Counted from the stretch's first letter, positions 1-12,447 are shown. The stretch is 64,000 nt of DNA from Escherichia coli (GCF_003334355.1 NZ_QOWP01000010.1); one strand, 5' to 3'. The notes: generated from the sequence alone by a model not told the origin. Program-made: numbers and translations.

Positions 1-387
1 CAGCAGTTGCAGCACCAGAAAATTACCGAAACGATCGATAGTAATACCCGGCAGGCCATCAGATTCTCCGGCGATTAAACGATAGCTGTCGAGGCCATCT
101 TTTTGCGCCAGCCAGTCACGCCATTTTTGTGCTTGTTGCAAACGGCGGGAAAAAAAAGCAATGTCGATAGACTCAGACGGGTCAAACGTCCAGACGCGCG
201 CCCGGATTTGCGAAGCTGGCGAATAAGCGCCGCGTGCTAACCATTTTCCCTGATGATCAACAATATCGATGGTTTCACCGAGGCTGGCTTTACCTTCCAT
301 GCGGGCAACGGCCCCGGAAAAGACCCACGGATGGCGACGAAGTAATGATTTTTCGCGCCCTTTGGCTAACACTAAACGTACACTCAT
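1..387 (-). CDS. rlmI: 23S rRNA m5C1962 methyltransferase RlmI (YccW), N-terminal ~129 codons; gene continues beyond window start
   Basis: Reverse-strand translation from ATG at 385-387 reads [27 protein letters not shown]..., recognised as the RlmI N-terminus; open to window edge; not in ORF track because truncated. Confidence 0.85.
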
Positions 388-481
388 AATTTACTTTTCT
401 GTCGATGCAAAGAAATGGGCGTCATTGTCCGGAGTTTTCCATGGATTTGCAACGCGTCCATTAAGGATAAGGAGAGCAGCA

Positions 482-760
482 ATGTCGAAAGTCTGCATAA
501 TTGCCTGGGTTTACGGGCGAGTTCAGGGCGTAGGATTTCGCTACACCACACAGTACGAAGCGAAAAGACTGGGTTTAACCGGGTACGCCAAAAATCTTGA
601 CGATGGCAGCGTGGAAGTGGTTGCTTGCGGTGAAGAAGGGCAGGTGGAAAAATTAATGCAGTGGTTAAAGAGTGGCGGCCCGCGTTCTGCGCGTGTAGAA
701 CGGGTGCTCAGCGAGCCGCATCATCCCTCGGGGGAATTAACCGATTTTCGTATCCGTTAA
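482..760 (+). CDS. yccX: acylphosphatase (92 aa)
   Basis: ORF 269..760 contains [23 protein letters not shown]... from internal ATG at 482; upstream part of the track ORF overlaps rlmI on the opposite strand and is not coding. Confidence 0.9.
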
Positions 761-1086
761 ATACATTTTACCGGTTTTGGCAGGCCAGCAATTTTGGTGG
801 CTTGCTTAGCCGGACCTTTCGGAAACAGTCGGTATAAATAGCGGCTGTTACCTTTTTCTTCGCCAAATTTATTCGCCATCGCTTTTACCAGCATACGAAT
901 CGCCGGAGAAGTATTGAATTCCAGATAGAAATCACGCACAAAACGCACCACTTCCCAGTGTTCCGGTGACAGCGAAATCCCTTCGTTCTCTGCAATCACC
1001 ACAGCCAGCGGCTCACTCCACTGGCTGCTTTCTTTGAGATAGCCTTCGGTATCCGTTTCTATCTCTTTACCTTCGAAGATCAGCAT
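757..1086 (-). CDS. tusE: sulfurtransferase TusE (tRNA 2-thiouridine synthesis), 109 aa
   Basis: ORF 757..1143 minus; known N-terminus [17 protein letters not shown]... begins at internal Met (start 1086). Confidence 0.9.
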
Positions 1087-1123
1087 AATTATTACTACCT
1101 TAATCAGACTGGCGGCAGTGTAA

Positions 1124-1153
1124 CAAAAAACAAAGCCCCGCATAAAGCGAGGC
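1124..1153 (-). terminator. putative rho-independent terminator downstream of yccA
   Basis: Imperfect GC stem gccccgc/gcgaggc with 5-nt loop (1135-1153) followed by a T-run on the minus strand (A-run 1124-1134 on plus). Confidence 0.4.
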
Positions 1154-1176
1154 TATGAAAGTGTTAGCGGGTGAGA

Positions 1177-1836
1177 TTAATCGCGGCTAGCGAAGCCCAG
1201 AATGCTCAGCAGGCTGACGAAGATGTTGTACAGCGAAACATACAGGCTAACCGTGGCACGAATATAGTTCGTCTCACCGCCATGAATGATGTTGCTGGTT
1301 TCAAACAAGATAGCGCCAGAGGAGATCAGAATGAAGACCGCGCTGATCGCCAGATGCAGAGCAGGCAGCTGCAGGAAGATATTCGCAACCATACCAATCA
1401 GCACCACCACAATACCCGCCATCAGCATACCGCCGAGGAACGACATATCTTTGCGGGTGGTCAGCACATATGCAGAGCAGCAGAAGAACACTAACGCCGT
1501 TCCGCCCAGTGCCATAGCGATTACGTCACCCATTCCGGCAGACAGATAGGTGTTCAGAATAGGTCCGAGGATATAACCCAGAAAACCGGTAAAGGCGAAT
1601 GCGGAGATAATCCCGGTCGGCTTATTCGCCGTTTTATAGGTCAGGAACATCAAACCATACATACCCACCAGCGTCAGAATCAGACCCGGAGATGGCAGCA
1701 TCAGCACCGTACTGGCAGTTGCGGTAATCGCCGAAAAGGCCAGCGTCAGGCTCAGCAGAAAATAGGTATTACGCAGCACCTTATGGGTGCTAAGCAGTGA
1801 TGTACGGTCATGTGAAGAACTAACAATACGATCCAT
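1177..1836 (-). CDS. yccA: inner membrane protein YccA (BAX inhibitor-1 family, FtsH substrate/modulator), 219 aa
   Basis: Full-length ORF 1177..1836 minus, [37 protein letters not shown]..., seven-TM hydrophobic profile. Confidence 0.92.
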   Translation of the reverse strand: MDRIVSSSHDRTSLLSTHKVLRNTYFLLSLTLAFSAITATASTVLMLPSPGLILTLVGMYGLMFLTYKTANKPTGIISAFAFTGFLGYILGPILNTYLSAGMGDVIAMALGGTALVFFCCSAYVLTTRKDMSFLGGMLMAGIVVVLIGMVANIFLQLPALHLAISAVFILISSGAILFETSNIIHGGETNYIRATVSLYVSLYNIFVSLLSILGFASRD

Positions 1837-2000
1837 TGAGTCACTCTCTATGACAGATGTAATTAATTAAGCAGCATAATGATAATGCGTAAGGGCACCC
1901 AGAAGTTTTACCCATCTTTACGCATTTGATCTGGAACAGGTTTAACAGCGGATTATCAGGTCATTAAGCAAATATAACGCCCTGAGAATTTCGACAGGCA

Positions 2001-2032
2001 AAAGAAAAAGGGGTTAGCATTTAGCTAACCCC
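2001..2032 (-). terminator. rho-independent terminator of serT
   Basis: Perfect hairpin ggggttagc-loop-gctaacccc (2010-2032) immediately 3' of the tRNA on the minus strand, followed by a T-rich run (plus-strand A-run 2001-2009). Confidence 0.55.
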
Positions 2033-2042
2033 TTATCTTATT

Positions 2043-2130
2043 TGGCGGAAGCGCAGAGATTCGAACTCTGGAACCCTTTCGGGTCGCCGGTTTTCAAGAC
2101 CGGTGCCTTCAACCGCTCGGCCACACTTCC
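2043..2130 (-). tRNA. serT: tRNA-Ser (anticodon UGA), 88 nt with long variable arm and encoded CCA
   Basis: Reverse complement GGAAGTGTGGCCGAGCGGTTGAAGGCACCGGTCTTGAAAACCGGCGACCCGAAAGGGTTCCAGAGTTCGAATCTCTGCGCTTCCGCCA; anticodon loop CTTGAAA gives anticodon TGA; class II tRNA. Confidence 0.93.
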
Positions 2131-2556
2131 GGAATGACGCGCACTATAAACATCCCGATGCGGCGTGTAAACCCCTAATTTGTTTGTTTGCCTGAAAAAC
2201 AGCCAAAAGTGCATTGATAGCGTGAAATAACAGCAGATTGATCATTTCATCACCATGAATTCCTTCTCTTTTACTCGTTTAGCAACCGGCTAAACATCCC
2301 CACCGCCCGGCCAAAAGAAAAATAGGTCCATTTTTATCGCTAAAAGATAAATCCACACAGTTTGTATTGTTTTGTGCAAAAGTTTCACTACGCTTTATTA
2401 ACAATACTTTCTGGCGACGTGTGCCAGTGCAGAAGGATGAGCTTTCGTTTTCAGCATCTCACGTGAAGCGATGGTTTGCCTTGCTACAGGGACGTCGCTT
2501 GCCGACCATAAGCGCCCGGTGTCCTGCCGGTGTTGCTAGGAGAAGAGACGTGCGAT

Positions 2557-3675
2557 ATGAATAACGAGGAAACATTTTACCAGGCCATGCGGCGTCAGGG
2601 CGTTACCCGGCGCAGCTTTCTCAAATATTGTAGTCTGGCTGCCACGTCGCTGGGATTAGGCGCGGGAATGGCACCAAAGATTGCCTGGGCGCTGGAGAAC
2701 AAACCGCGCATTCCGGTGGTATGGATCCACGGTCTGGAATGCACCTGCTGTACCGAATCTTTTATCCGCTCCGCTCACCCACTGGCGAAGGACGTCATCC
2801 TTTCCCTTATTTCTCTCGATTACGACGATACTTTGATGGCTGCCGCCGGAAACCAGGCGGAAGAAGTCTTTGAAGACATCATCACGCAATACAATGGCAA
2901 ATATATCCTCGCAGTAGAAGGCAATCCGCCGCTGGGCGAGCAGGGGATGTTCTGTATCAGCAGCGGTCGACCGTTTATTGAGAAACTCAAACGTGCCGCT
3001 GCCGGAGCCAGCGCGATTATCGCCTGGGGAACCTGCGCGTCCTGGGGCTGCGTGCAGGCCGCGCGGCCCAATCCGACGCAGGCAACGCCTATCGACAAAG
3101 TCATCACCGACAAACCCATTATCAAAGTACCTGGCTGCCCGCCGATCCCGGATGTGATGAGCGCCATCATTACTTACATGGTGACCTTTGATCGCTTGCC
3201 AGATGTCGACAGAATGGGCCGTCCACTGATGTTTTATGGTCAGCGTATCCATGATAAATGCTATCGCCGCGCTCACTTCGACGCCGGAGAGTTCGTCCAG
3301 AGTTGGGATGATGACGCTGCCCGCAAAGGTTACTGCCTGTACAAAATGGGCTGCAAAGGGCCTACCACCTATAACGCCTGTTCCTCCACACGCTGGAATG
3401 ATGGCGTTTCTTTTCCAATCCAGTCTGGTCACGGCTGCCTGGGCTGTGCGGAAAATGGTTTCTGGGATCGCGGTTCGTTCTACAGCCGCGTGGTCGATAT
3501 TCCGCAAATGGGTACTCATTCCACCGCCGATACCGTCGGTTTAACCGCGCTTGGCGTGGTGGCAGCGGCTGTTGGTGTGCACGCAGTCGCCAGCGCCGTT
3601 GACCAGCGCAGACGTCATAACCAGCAACCTACAGAAACCGAACATCAGCCAGGCAATGAGGATAAACAGGCATGA
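2557..3675 (+). CDS. hyaA: hydrogenase 1 small subunit (Tat signal RRSFLK), 372 aa
   Basis: ORF 2530..3675; known N-terminus [23 protein letters not shown] at ATG 2557; stop overlaps hyaB start (ATGA). Confidence 0.95.
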   Translation: MNNEETFYQAMRRQGVTRRSFLKYCSLAATSLGLGAGMAPKIAWALENKPRIPVVWIHGLECTCCTESFIRSAHPLAKDVILSLISLDYDDTLMAAAGNQAEEVFEDIITQYNGKYILAVEGNPPLGEQGMFCISSGRPFIEKLKRAAAGASAIIAWGTCASWGCVQAARPNPTQATPIDKVITDKPIIKVPGCPPIPDVMSAIITYMVTFDRLPDVDRMGRPLMFYGQRIHDKCYRRAHFDAGEFVQSWDDDAARKGYCLYKMGCKGPTTYNACSSTRWNDGVSFPIQSGHGCLGCAENGFWDRGSFYSRVVDIPQMGTHSTADTVGLTALGVVAAAVGVHAVASAVDQRRRHNQQPTETEHQPGNEDKQA

Positions 3676-5465
3676 GCACTCAGTACGAAACTCAGGGATA
3701 CACCATCAATAATGCCGGACGCCGCCTGGTGGTCGACCCGATTACGCGCATCGAAGGCCACATGCGCTGCGAAGTGAATATTAACGATCAGAATGTGATC
3801 ACCAATGCCGTCTCCTGCGGCACCATGTTTCGCGGGCTGGAGATCATCCTACAAGGGCGCGACCCGCGCGATGCGTGGGCGTTCGTTGAACGTATCTGCG
3901 GCGTCTGTACTGGCGTACACGCCCTGGCTTCGGTTTACGCCATCGAAGATGCTATCGGTATTAAAGTGCCGGACAACGCCAATATCATCCGCAACATTAT
4001 GCTGGCAACGCTCTGGTGCCACGATCATCTGGTGCACTTCTATCAGCTTGCCGGGATGGACTGGATCGATGTGTTAGATGCGCTGAAAGCCGACCCGCGG
4101 AAAACCTCCGAACTGGCGCAAAGTCTCTCCTCTTGGCCGAAATCATCCCCTGGCTATTTCTTCGACGTACAAAACCGCCTGAAAAAATTTGTTGAAGGCG
4201 GGCAGTTGGGGATCTTCCGCAATGGCTACTGGGGGCACCCGCAGTACAAACTGCCGCCAGAAGCTAACCTGATGGGCTTTGCCCACTATCTCGAAGCTCT
4301 CGATTTCCAGCGTGAAATTGTCAAAATCCACGCGGTCTTTGGCGGTAAAAACCCGCATCCAAACTGGATTGTCGGCGGGATGCCTTGCGCCATCAACATT
4401 GACGAAAGCGGCGCGGTCGGGGCAGTCAATATGGAACGCCTGAACCTGGTGCAGTCAATTATCACCCGCACGGCGGACTTCATTAACAACGTGATGATCC
4501 CCGACGCCTTAGCCATCGGTCAGTTCAACAAACCGTGGAGCGAAATCGGCACTGGTCTTTCTGATAAATGCGTTCTCAGCTACGGCGCATTCCCGGATAT
4601 TGCCAACGACTTTGGCGAGAAAAGTCTGCTGATGCCTGGCGGCGCGGTGATTAACGGCGACTTCAACAATGTGCTGCCAGTGGATTTGGTTGATCCGCAG
4701 CAGGTGCAGGAGTTTGTCGACCACGCCTGGTATCGATATCCCAACGATCAGGTCGGGCGTCATCCGTTCGATGGCATCACCGACCCGTGGTACAACCCCG
4801 GCGATGTCAAAGGCAGCGATACCAACATTCAGCAGCTGAATGAACAGGAACGCTACTCGTGGATCAAAGCGCCACGCTGGCGCGGTAACGCGATGGAAGT
4901 GGGGCCGCTGGCGCGCACGTTAATCGCTTATCACAAAGGCGATGCTGCGACCGTTGAGTCGGTCGATCGCATGATGTCGGCGTTGAACCTGCCGCTTTCC
5001 GGTATCCAGTCAACGTTAGGCCGCATTTTGTGCCGCGCGCACGAAGCGCAGTGGGCCGCAGGTAAGTTGCAGTATTTCTTCGACAAGCTGATGACCAACC
5101 TGAAAAACGGCAATCTCGCCACTGCTTCCACGGAAAAATGGGAACCTGCAACCTGGCCGACAGAGTGCCGTGGCGTCGGCTTTACCGAAGCGCCGCGCGG
5201 GGCGTTAGGCCACTGGGCCGCCATTCGCGATGGCAAGATTGATCTCTACCAGTGCGTGGTACCGACCACCTGGAACGCCAGCCCGCGCGATCCCAAAGGG
5301 CAGATTGGCGCTTATGAAGCGGCGCTGATGAACACCAAAATGGCGATCCCCGAGCAACCGCTGGAGATCCTGCGTACTCTGCACAGCTTTGATCCGTGCC
5401 TCGCCTGTTCAACACACGTGCTGGGCGACAACGGTAGCGAGCTGATCTCCGTGCAGGTGCGTTAA
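3672..5465 (+). CDS. hyaB: hydrogenase 1 large subunit [NiFe], 597 aa
   Basis: Full [33 protein letters not shown]... ending ...[24 protein letters not shown] (C-terminal metal-binding motif). Confidence 0.95.
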   Translation: MSTQYETQGYTINNAGRRLVVDPITRIEGHMRCEVNINDQNVITNAVSCGTMFRGLEIILQGRDPRDAWAFVERICGVCTGVHALASVYAIEDAIGIKVPDNANIIRNIMLATLWCHDHLVHFYQLAGMDWIDVLDALKADPRKTSELAQSLSSWPKSSPGYFFDVQNRLKKFVEGGQLGIFRNGYWGHPQYKLPPEANLMGFAHYLEALDFQREIVKIHAVFGGKNPHPNWIVGGMPCAINIDESGAVGAVNMERLNLVQSIITRTADFINNVMIPDALAIGQFNKPWSEIGTGLSDKCVLSYGAFPDIANDFGEKSLLMPGGAVINGDFNNVLPVDLVDPQQVQEFVDHAWYRYPNDQVGRHPFDGITDPWYNPGDVKGSDTNIQQLNEQERYSWIKAPRWRGNAMEVGPLARTLIAYHKGDAATVESVDRMMSALNLPLSGIQSTLGRILCRAHEAQWAAGKLQYFFDKLMTNLKNGNLATASTEKWEPATWPTECRGVGFTEAPRGALGHWAAIRDGKIDLYQCVVPTTWNASPRDPKGQIGAYEAALMNTKMAIPEQPLEILRTLHSFDPCLACSTHVLGDNGSELISVQVR

Positions 5466-5483
5466 CAGCGAAGGAGAATCATC

Positions 5484-6191
5484 ATGCAACAGAAAAGCGA
5501 CAACGTTGTCAGCCACTATGTCTTTGAAGCGCCAGTCCGTATCTGGCACTGGCTGACGGTGTTATGCATGGCGGTGTTGATGGTCACCGGTTACTTTATC
5601 GGCAAGCCGCTACCTTCCGTCAGCGGCGAGGCGACGTATCTGTTCTATATGGGCTACATCAGGTTGATTCACTTCAGCGCCGGGATGGTTTTTACCGTGG
5701 TCTTGCTGATGCGGATCTACTGGGCTTTTGTTGGCAATCGATACTCCCGCGAGCTGTTTATCGTGCCGGTATGGCGTAAAAGCTGGTGGCAGGGCGTGTG
5801 GTATGAAATTCGCTGGTATCTGTTTCTGGCAAAACGTCCGAGTGCCGATATAGGCCATAACCCCATCGCCCAGGCGGCGATGTTCGGCTATTTCCTGATG
5901 TCGGTCTTTATGATCATCACCGGCTTTGCGCTGTACAGCGAACACAGCCAGTACGCTATTTTTGCGCCGTTCCGTTATGTGGTGGAATTTTTCTACTGGA
6001 CGGGTGGCAACTCAATGGACATTCACAGCTGGCATCGGCTGGGGATGTGGCTGATTGGCGCGTTTGTGATCGGTCATGTCTACATGGCGCTGCGTGAAGA
6101 CATCATGTCCGACGACACGGTGATCTCCACCATGGTCAACGGCTACCGTAGCCACAAATTTGGCAAAATAAGTAACAAGGAGCGTTCATGA
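5484..6191 (+). CDS. hyaC: hydrogenase 1 cytochrome b subunit, 235 aa
   Basis: [29 protein letters not shown]..., membrane protein, follows hyaB with RBS. Confidence 0.94.
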
Positions 6192-6775
6192 GCGAGCAAC
6201 GCGTGGTGGTCATGGGGCTGGGCAACCTGCTGTGGGCCGATGAAGGCTTCGGCGTGCGGGTGGCGGAACGGCTGTATGCCCATTACCACTGGCCCGAGTA
6301 TGTGGAGATTGTCGATGGCGGTACTCAGGGACTGAACTTGCTGGGGTATGTCGAAAGCGCCAGCCATCTGTTGATTCTCGATGCCATTGACTACGGGCTG
6401 GAACCTGGAACGCTGCGAACCTATGCCGGAGAACGCATTCCGGCTTATCTCAGCGCGAAGAAAATGAGCCTGCATCAGAACAGTTTCTCCGAAGTGTTGG
6501 CGCTGGCGGATATCCGCGGACATCTGCCAGCACATATTGCCCTCGTCGGTCTGCAACCCGCAATGCTCGACGACTACGGCGGTAGCCTGAGCGAACTGGC
6601 ACGGGAGCAACTGCCCGCTGCGGAACAGGCGGCGCTGGCGCAGCTTGCTGCGTGGGGAATTGTGCCGCAACCGGCTAATGAATCGCGCTGTCTCAATTAT
6701 GACTGTCTGTCGATGGAAAATTACGAAGGCGTTCGCTTGCGCCAGTACCGGATGACACAGGAGGAGCAGGGATGA
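6188..6775 (+). CDS. hyaD: hydrogenase 1 maturation endopeptidase, 195 aa
   Basis: [32 protein letters not shown]..., start overlaps hyaC stop. Confidence 0.93.
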
Positions 6776-7170
6776 GCAACGACACGCCATTTGATGCGTT
6801 GTGGCAACGAATGCTGGCGCGCGGCTGGACGCCAGTCAGTGAATCCCGTCTTGACGACTGGCTTACGCAAGCGCCAGACGGCGTGGTGTTATTAAGCAGT
6901 GACCCGAAACGCACGCCAGAGGTCAGCGATAATCCGGTAATGATTGGCGAATTACTGCGCGAGTTTCCCGACTATACATGGCAGGTGGCGATTGCTGACC
7001 TTGAGCAGAGCGAAGCCATCGGCGATCGCTTTGGCGTCTTTCGCTTTCCTGCCACTTTAGTATTTACCGGCGGAAACTATCGCGGCGTGCTGAATGGTAT
7101 TCACCCGTGGGCGGAACTGATAAACCTGATGCGCGGGCTTGTCGAACCGCAGCAGGAGCGTGCCTCATGA
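6772..7170 (+). CDS. hyaE: hydrogenase 1 accessory chaperone HyaE, 132 aa
   Basis: [34 protein letters not shown]..., start overlaps hyaD stop. Confidence 0.92.
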
Positions 7171-8024
7171 GCGAAACTTTTTTCCATCTGCTGGGGCCAG
7201 GAACGCAACCGAACGATGACAGTTTCAGCATGAATCCACTGCCGATCACCTGTCAGGTGAATGATGAACCGAGTATGGCGGCCCTGGAGCAATGTGCTCA
7301 CAGCCCGCAGGTGATTGCGCTGTTAAACGAGTTACAACATCAACTAAGCGAACGCCAACCGCCGTTGGGCGAGGTGCTGGCAGTCGATCTGTTAAATCTC
7401 AACGCCGACGATCGTCACTTTATCAATACGCTTCTCGGGGAAGGGGAAGTGTCAGTGCGCATTCAGCAGGCTGACGACAGTGAAAGTGAAATACAGGAGG
7501 CGATCTTCTGCGGATTATGGCGGGTGCGCAGACGTCGCGGCGAAAAGTTGCTGGAGGACAAACTGGAGGCTGGCTGCGCGCCGCTGGCGTTGTGGCAGGC
7601 GGCAACGCAAAATCTCTTGCCGACAGATTCGCTGTTACCGCCGCCCATTGATGGCCTGATGAATGGCCTACCGTTGGCGCATGAGTTACTGGCACATGTA
7701 CGTAACCCCGACGCGCAGCCGCACAGCATTAATCTGACGCAATTACCCATCAGCGAGGCTGATCGGCTTTTTCTCTCACGTCTCTGTGGGCCGGGAAATA
7801 TTCAGATTCGTACCATTGGCTATGGCGAGAGCTATATCAACGCCACGGGGTTACGCCATGTCTGGCATTTACGCTGTACGGACACCTTAAAAGGCCCGTT
7901 ACTGGAAAGTTATGAAATCTGCCCAATACCGGAAGTGGTGCTGGCAGCGCCAGAAGATTTGGTCGACTCTGCGCAGCGGCTTAGCGAGGTATGTCAGTGG
8001 CTGGCGGAAGCTGCACCGACGTAA
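7167..8024 (+). CDS. hyaF: hydrogenase 1 accessory protein HyaF, 285 aa
   Basis: ORF 7107..8024; known N-terminus [14 protein letters not shown] at ATG 7167, overlapping hyaE stop (ATGA). Confidence 0.92.
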   Translation: MSETFFHLLGPGTQPNDDSFSMNPLPITCQVNDEPSMAALEQCAHSPQVIALLNELQHQLSERQPPLGEVLAVDLLNLNADDRHFINTLLGEGEVSVRIQQADDSESEIQEAIFCGLWRVRRRRGEKLLEDKLEAGCAPLALWQAATQNLLPTDSLLPPPIDGLMNGLPLAHELLAHVRNPDAQPHSINLTQLPISEADRLFLSRLCGPGNIQIRTIGYGESYINATGLRHVWHLRCTDTLKGPLLESYEICPIPEVVLAAPEDLVDSAQRLSEVCQWLAEAAPT

Positions 8025-8157
8025 AAAGACGGTAAGTATCGCTTTCAGTCTTATGAATATCGCAATCGGCGAATACCTCTGGTCGTAGAGTTTCAGGATA
8101 AAGAGGGAGATCTACCATTATCGGGTTATTTTTCTCTCTTCGCCTACAGGAGTGCGC

Positions 8158-9702
8158 ATGTGGGATGTCATTGATTTATCGCGCTGGCAGTTTGCTCTGA
8201 CCGCGCTGTATCACTTTTTATTTGTACCCCTTACCCTGGGGCTGATTTTTTTGCTGGCTATCATGGAAACCATTTACGTGGTCACCGGCAAAACAATCTA
8301 CCGCGATATGACGCGCTTCTGGGGTAAGCTCTTCGGTATCAATTTTGCTCTTGGCGTGGCTACCGGCCTGACCATGGAGTTTCAGTTTGGTACTAACTGG
8401 TCATTCTATTCCAACTATGTGGGCGATATTTTTGGCGCACCACTGGCGATGGAAGCATTAATGGCCTTCTTCCTCGAATCCACCTTTGTCGGGCTGTTCT
8501 TCTTCGGCTGGCAACGGCTGAATAAATACCAGCACCTGCTGGTGACGTGGCTGGTGGCGTTCGGTTCAAATCTCTCTGCGTTGTGGATATTGAATGCCAA
8601 CGGTTGGATGCAATACCCGACCGGTGCGCATTTTGATATCGACACCCTGCGTATGGAGATGACCAGCTTCAGCGAGCTGGTCTTTAATCCGGTCAGCCAG
8701 GTGAAATTTGTGCACACCGTAATGGCGGGCTACGTGACCGGGGCCATGTTTATTATGGCGATCAGCGCCTGGTATTTACTGCGCGGACGGGAGCGCGATG
8801 TCGCATTACGCTCGTTTGCCATCGGTTCCGTCTTCGGTACTCTGGCGATTATCGGTACCCTGCAACTCGGAGACAGTTCTGCGTATGAAGTCGCGCAAGT
8901 ACAACCGGTAAAACTGGCGGCGATGGAAGGGGAGTGGCAAACGGAGCCTGCACCTGCACCGTTCCATGTGGTTGCCTGGCCGGAACAGGATCAAGAGCGT
9001 AACGCCTTTGCCCTCAAAATTCCCGCGCTGCTAGGGATCCTCGCCACTCACTCATTAGATAAACCCGTGCCGGGTCTGAAGAATTTGATGGCTGAAACCT
9101 ACCCACGCTTGCAACGCGGACGTATGGCCTGGCTGTTAATGCAGGAAATATCGCAAGGCAATCGTGAGCCGCATGTGTTGCAGGCATTCCGGGAACTGGA
9201 AGGTGACCTGGGCTACGGCATGTTGCTCTCCCGCTATGCGCCGGATATGAATCATGTCACAGCCGCACAGTACCAGGCGGCGATGCGTGGCGCGATACCT
9301 CAGGTTGCGCCGGTATTCTGGAGTTTCCGCATCATGGTGGGCTGTGGTTCCCTGCTGCTACTGGTGATGCTGATTGCGCTTGTCCAGACGCTGCGTGGCA
9401 AAATCGACCAGCATCGCTGGGTGCTGAAAATGGCGCTCTGGAGTTTGCCCTTGCCGTGGATTGCGATTGAAGCCGGGTGGTTTATGACCGAGTTTGGTCG
9501 TCAGCCGTGGGCGATACAGGACATCTTACCGACATACTCCGCGCACTCCGCTTTAACCACAGGACAACTGGCTTTCTCACTGATCATGATCGTAGGGCTT
9601 TACACCCTGTTCTTAATCGCCGAAGTCTACCTGATGCAGAAATATGCCCGTCTGGGGCCGAGCGCGATGCAGAGTGAACAACCGACGCAGCAACAGGGGT
9701 AA
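8158..9702 (+). CDS. appC: cytochrome bd-II ubiquinol oxidase subunit I, 514 aa
   Basis: ORF 8152..9702; [28 protein letters not shown]... from ATG 8158 with AGGAG 6 nt upstream. Confidence 0.93.
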
Positions 9703-9713
9703 AGGAGAAAATC

Positions 9714-10850
9714 ATGTTTGATTATGAAACATTGCGCTTCATCTGGTGGCTGCTGATTGGCGTGATCCTGGTGGTCTTTATGATCTCCGACGGATTTGAC
9801 ATGGGGATCGGCTGTCTGCTGCCGCTGGTGGCGCGTAATGATGATGAACGCCGGATAGTGATAAACAGCGTTGGTGCACACTGGGAAGGCAACCAGGTCT
9901 GGTTGATCCTCGCTGGTGGGGCATTATTTGCCGCCTGGCCCAGAGTGTATGCAGCGGCGTTTTCCGGCTTTTATGTGGCGATGATCCTGGTGCTGTGCTC
10001 ACTGTTCTTCCGCCCGCTGGCCTTTGATTATCGCGGAAAAATCGCCGATGCACGCTGGCGTAAAATGTGGGACGCCGGTCTGGTCATCGGCAGTCTGGTG
10101 CCGCCGGTAGTCTTCGGTATCGCCTTCGGCAACTTGTTGCTCGGCGTGCCGTTTGCCTTCACACCGCAATTACGCGTGGAGTATCTCGGCAGCTTCTGGC
10201 AACTGCTGACGCCATTCCCTTTATTGTGCGGATTGCTCAGCCTTGGGATGGTGATTTTGCAAGGTGGCGTCTGGTTACAACTGAAAACTGTTGGTGTGAT
10301 TCATCTGCGTTCACAGCTGGCCACCAAACGCGCTGCACTGTTGGTGATGCTGTGCTTTTTGCTGGCGGGTTACTGGCTGTGGGTCGGTATTGATGGCTTT
10401 GTACTGCTCGCCCAGGATGCTAACGGTCCTTCCAATCCGTTAATGAAACTGGTGGCAGTGCTACCTGGTGCCTGGATGAATAATTTCGTCGAATCGCCCG
10501 TTTTGTGGATCTTCCCGCTGCTGGGGTTCTTCTGCCCATTGCTGACGGTGATGGCGATTTATCGTGGTCGCCCGGGTTGGGGATTTTTAATGGCGTCATT
10601 GATGCAATTTGGCGTGATTTTCACGGCAGGCATCACGCTGTTCCCCTTTGTCATGCCGTCAAGTGTGAGTCCAATCTCCAGCCTGACGTTGTGGGACAGT
10701 ACTTCCAGTCAGCTGACGCTGAGCATTATGTTGGTAATCGTGCTGATATTTTTGCCCATTGTGTTGCTCTACACTCTCTGGAGCTACTACAAAATGTGGG
10801 GACGCATGACAACAGAAACTCTCCGCCGTAACGAAAACGAGTTGTACTAA
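9714..10850 (+). CDS. appB: cytochrome bd-II ubiquinol oxidase subunit II, 378 aa
   Basis: [50 protein letters not shown]..., AGGAG RBS upstream. Confidence 0.93.
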
Positions 10851-10862
10851 GGAGCAGGAACA

Positions 10863-10955
10863 ATGTGGTATTTACTTTGGTTCGTCGGCATTTTGTTGAT
10901 GTGTTCGCTCTCCACCCTTGTGTTGGTATGGCTGGACCCGCGTCTGAAAAGTTAA
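10863..10955 (+). CDS. appX: small membrane protein AppX (CydX-like, cytochrome bd-II accessory), 30 aa
   Basis: Manual translation MWYLLWFVGILLMCSLSTLVLVWLDPRLKS, ATG at 10863 preceded by AGGAG in the appB 3' end; below the ORF-track size cutoff. Confidence 0.7.
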   Translation: MWYLLWFVGILLMCSLSTLVLVWLDPRLKS

Positions 10956-10960
10956 CGAAC

Positions 10961-10996
10961 GTAGGCCTGATGCGGCGCATTAGCATCGCATCAGGC
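10961..10996. repeat. REP (repetitive extragenic palindromic) element between appX and appA
   Basis: gtaggcctgatgcggcgcattagcatcgcatcaggc, imperfect palindrome with the GCCTGATGCG / CGCATCAGGC REP signature. Confidence 0.5.
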
Positions 10997-11034
10997 AATC
11001 AATAATGTCAGATATGAAAAGCGGAAACATATCG

Positions 11035-12333
11035 ATGAAAGCGATCTTAATCCCATTTTTATCTCTTCTGATTCCGTTAACCCCGCAATCTGCATTCGCT
11101 CAGAGTGAGCCGGAGCTGAAGCTGGAAAGTGTGGTGATTGTCAGTCGTCATGGTGTGCGTGCTCCAACCAAGGCCACGCAACTGATGCAGGATGTCACCC
11201 CAGACGCATGGCCAACCTGGCCAGTAAAACTGGGTTGGCTGACACCGCGCGGTGGTGAGCTAATCGCCTATCTCGGACATTACCAACGCCAGCGTCTGGT
11301 AGCCGACGGATTGCTGGCGAAAAAGGGCTGCCCGCAGTCTGGTCAGGTCGCGATTATTGCTGATGTCGACGAGCGTACCCGTAAAACAGGCGAAGCCTTC
11401 GCCGCCGGGCTGGCACCTGACTGTGCAATAACCGTACATACCCAGGCAGATACGTCCAGTCCCGATCCGTTATTTAATCCTCTAAAAACTGGCGTTTGCC
11501 AACTGGATAACGCGAACGTGACTGACGCGATCCTCAGCAGGGCAGGAGGGTCAATTGCTGACTTTACCGGGCATCGGCAAACGGCGTTTCGCGAACTGGA
11601 ACGGGTGCTTAATTTTCCGCAATCAAACTTGTGCCTTAAACGTGAGAAACAGGACGAAAGCTGTTCATTAACGCAGGCATTACCATCGGAACTCAAGGTG
11701 AGCGCCGACAATGTCTCATTAACCGGTGCGGTAAGCCTCGCATCAATGCTGACGGAGATATTTCTCCTGCAACAAGCACAGGGAATGCCGGAGCCGGGGT
11801 GGGGAAGGATCACCGATTCACACCAGTGGAACACCTTGCTAAGTTTGCATAACGCGCAATTTTATTTGCTACAACGCACGCCAGAGGTTGCCCGCAGCCG
11901 CGCCACCCCGTTATTAGATTTGATCAAGACAGCGTTGACGCCCCATCCACCGCAAAAACAGGCGTATGGTGTGACATTACCCACTTCAGTGCTGTTTATC
12001 GCCGGACACGATACTAATCTGGCAAATCTCGGCGGCGCACTGGAGCTCAACTGGACGCTTCCCGGTCAGCCGGATAACACGCCGCCAGGTGGTGAACTGG
12101 TGTTTGAACGCTGGCGTCGGCTAAGCGATAACAGCCAGTGGATTCAGGTTTCGCTGGTCTTCCAGACTTTACAGCAGATGCGTGATAAAACGCCGCTGTC
12201 ATTAAATACGCCGCCCGGAGAGGTGAAACTGACCCTGGCAGGATGTGAAGAGCGAAATGCGCAGGGCATGTGTTCGTTGGCAGGTTTTACGCAAATCGTG
12301 AATGAAGCACGCATACCGGCGTGCAGTTTGTAA
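11035..12333 (+). CDS. appA: periplasmic acid phosphatase / phytase (histidine acid phosphatase, RHGVRAP motif), 432 aa
   Basis: ORF 11005..12333; known N-terminus MKAILIPFLSLLIPLTPQSAFAQSEPELKLESVVIVSRHGVRAP at ATG 11035. Confidence 0.93.
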   Translation: MKAILIPFLSLLIPLTPQSAFAQSEPELKLESVVIVSRHGVRAPTKATQLMQDVTPDAWPTWPVKLGWLTPRGGELIAYLGHYQRQRLVADGLLAKKGCPQSGQVAIIADVDERTRKTGEAFAAGLAPDCAITVHTQADTSSPDPLFNPLKTGVCQLDNANVTDAILSRAGGSIADFTGHRQTAFRELERVLNFPQSNLCLKREKQDESCSLTQALPSELKVSADNVSLTGAVSLASMLTEIFLLQQAQGMPEPGWGRITDSHQWNTLLSLHNAQFYLLQRTPEVARSRATPLLDLIKTALTPHPPQKQAYGVTLPTSVLFIAGHDTNLANLGGALELNWTLPGQPDNTPPGGELVFERWRRLSDNSQWIQVSLVFQTLQQMRDKTPLSLNTPPGEVKLTLAGCEERNAQGMCSLAGFTQIVNEARIPACSL

Positions 12334-12337
12334 TGCA

Positions 12338-12369
12338 TAAAAAAGAGCATTCAGTTACCTGAATGCTCT
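12338..12369. terminator. hairpin terminator between convergent appA and etk
   Basis: aaaaaagagcattcag-ttacc-tgaatgctct: 10-bp stem flanked by an A-run on plus (T-run on minus); may act bidirectionally. Confidence 0.4.
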
Positions 12370-12402
12370 GAGGCTGATGACAAACGAAGAACTGTCTAAT
12401 GC

Positions 12403-12437
12403 GTAGACCGGAAAAGGCGTTCACGCCGCATCCGGCC
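12403..12437. repeat. REP element
   Basis: gtagaccggaaaaggcgttcacgccgcatccggcc REP-type palindrome. Confidence 0.45.
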
Positions 12438-12447
12438 ACTTTCAGTT

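Noticed and set aside
269-481. N-terminal extension of the yccX ORF (track start 269)
   Set aside because: The extension overlaps the rlmI 5' coding region on the opposite strand and does not match the known acylphosphatase N-terminus; the internal ATG at 482 is used instead.
2043-2556. Possible integrated element at tRNA-Ser (serT), a common integration site
   Set aside because: No integrase, attachment-site duplication of the tRNA 3' end, or foreign genes; the hya operon follows directly as in the standard E. coli arrangement.
2656-3519. Long antisense ORFs inside hyaA and hyaB (2656..3519 minus, 2820..3170 minus, 3236..3544 plus and similar)
   Set aside because: They lie entirely within, and opposite to or out of frame with, strongly recognisable hydrogenase genes; GC-rich coding DNA commonly produces such shadow ORFs.
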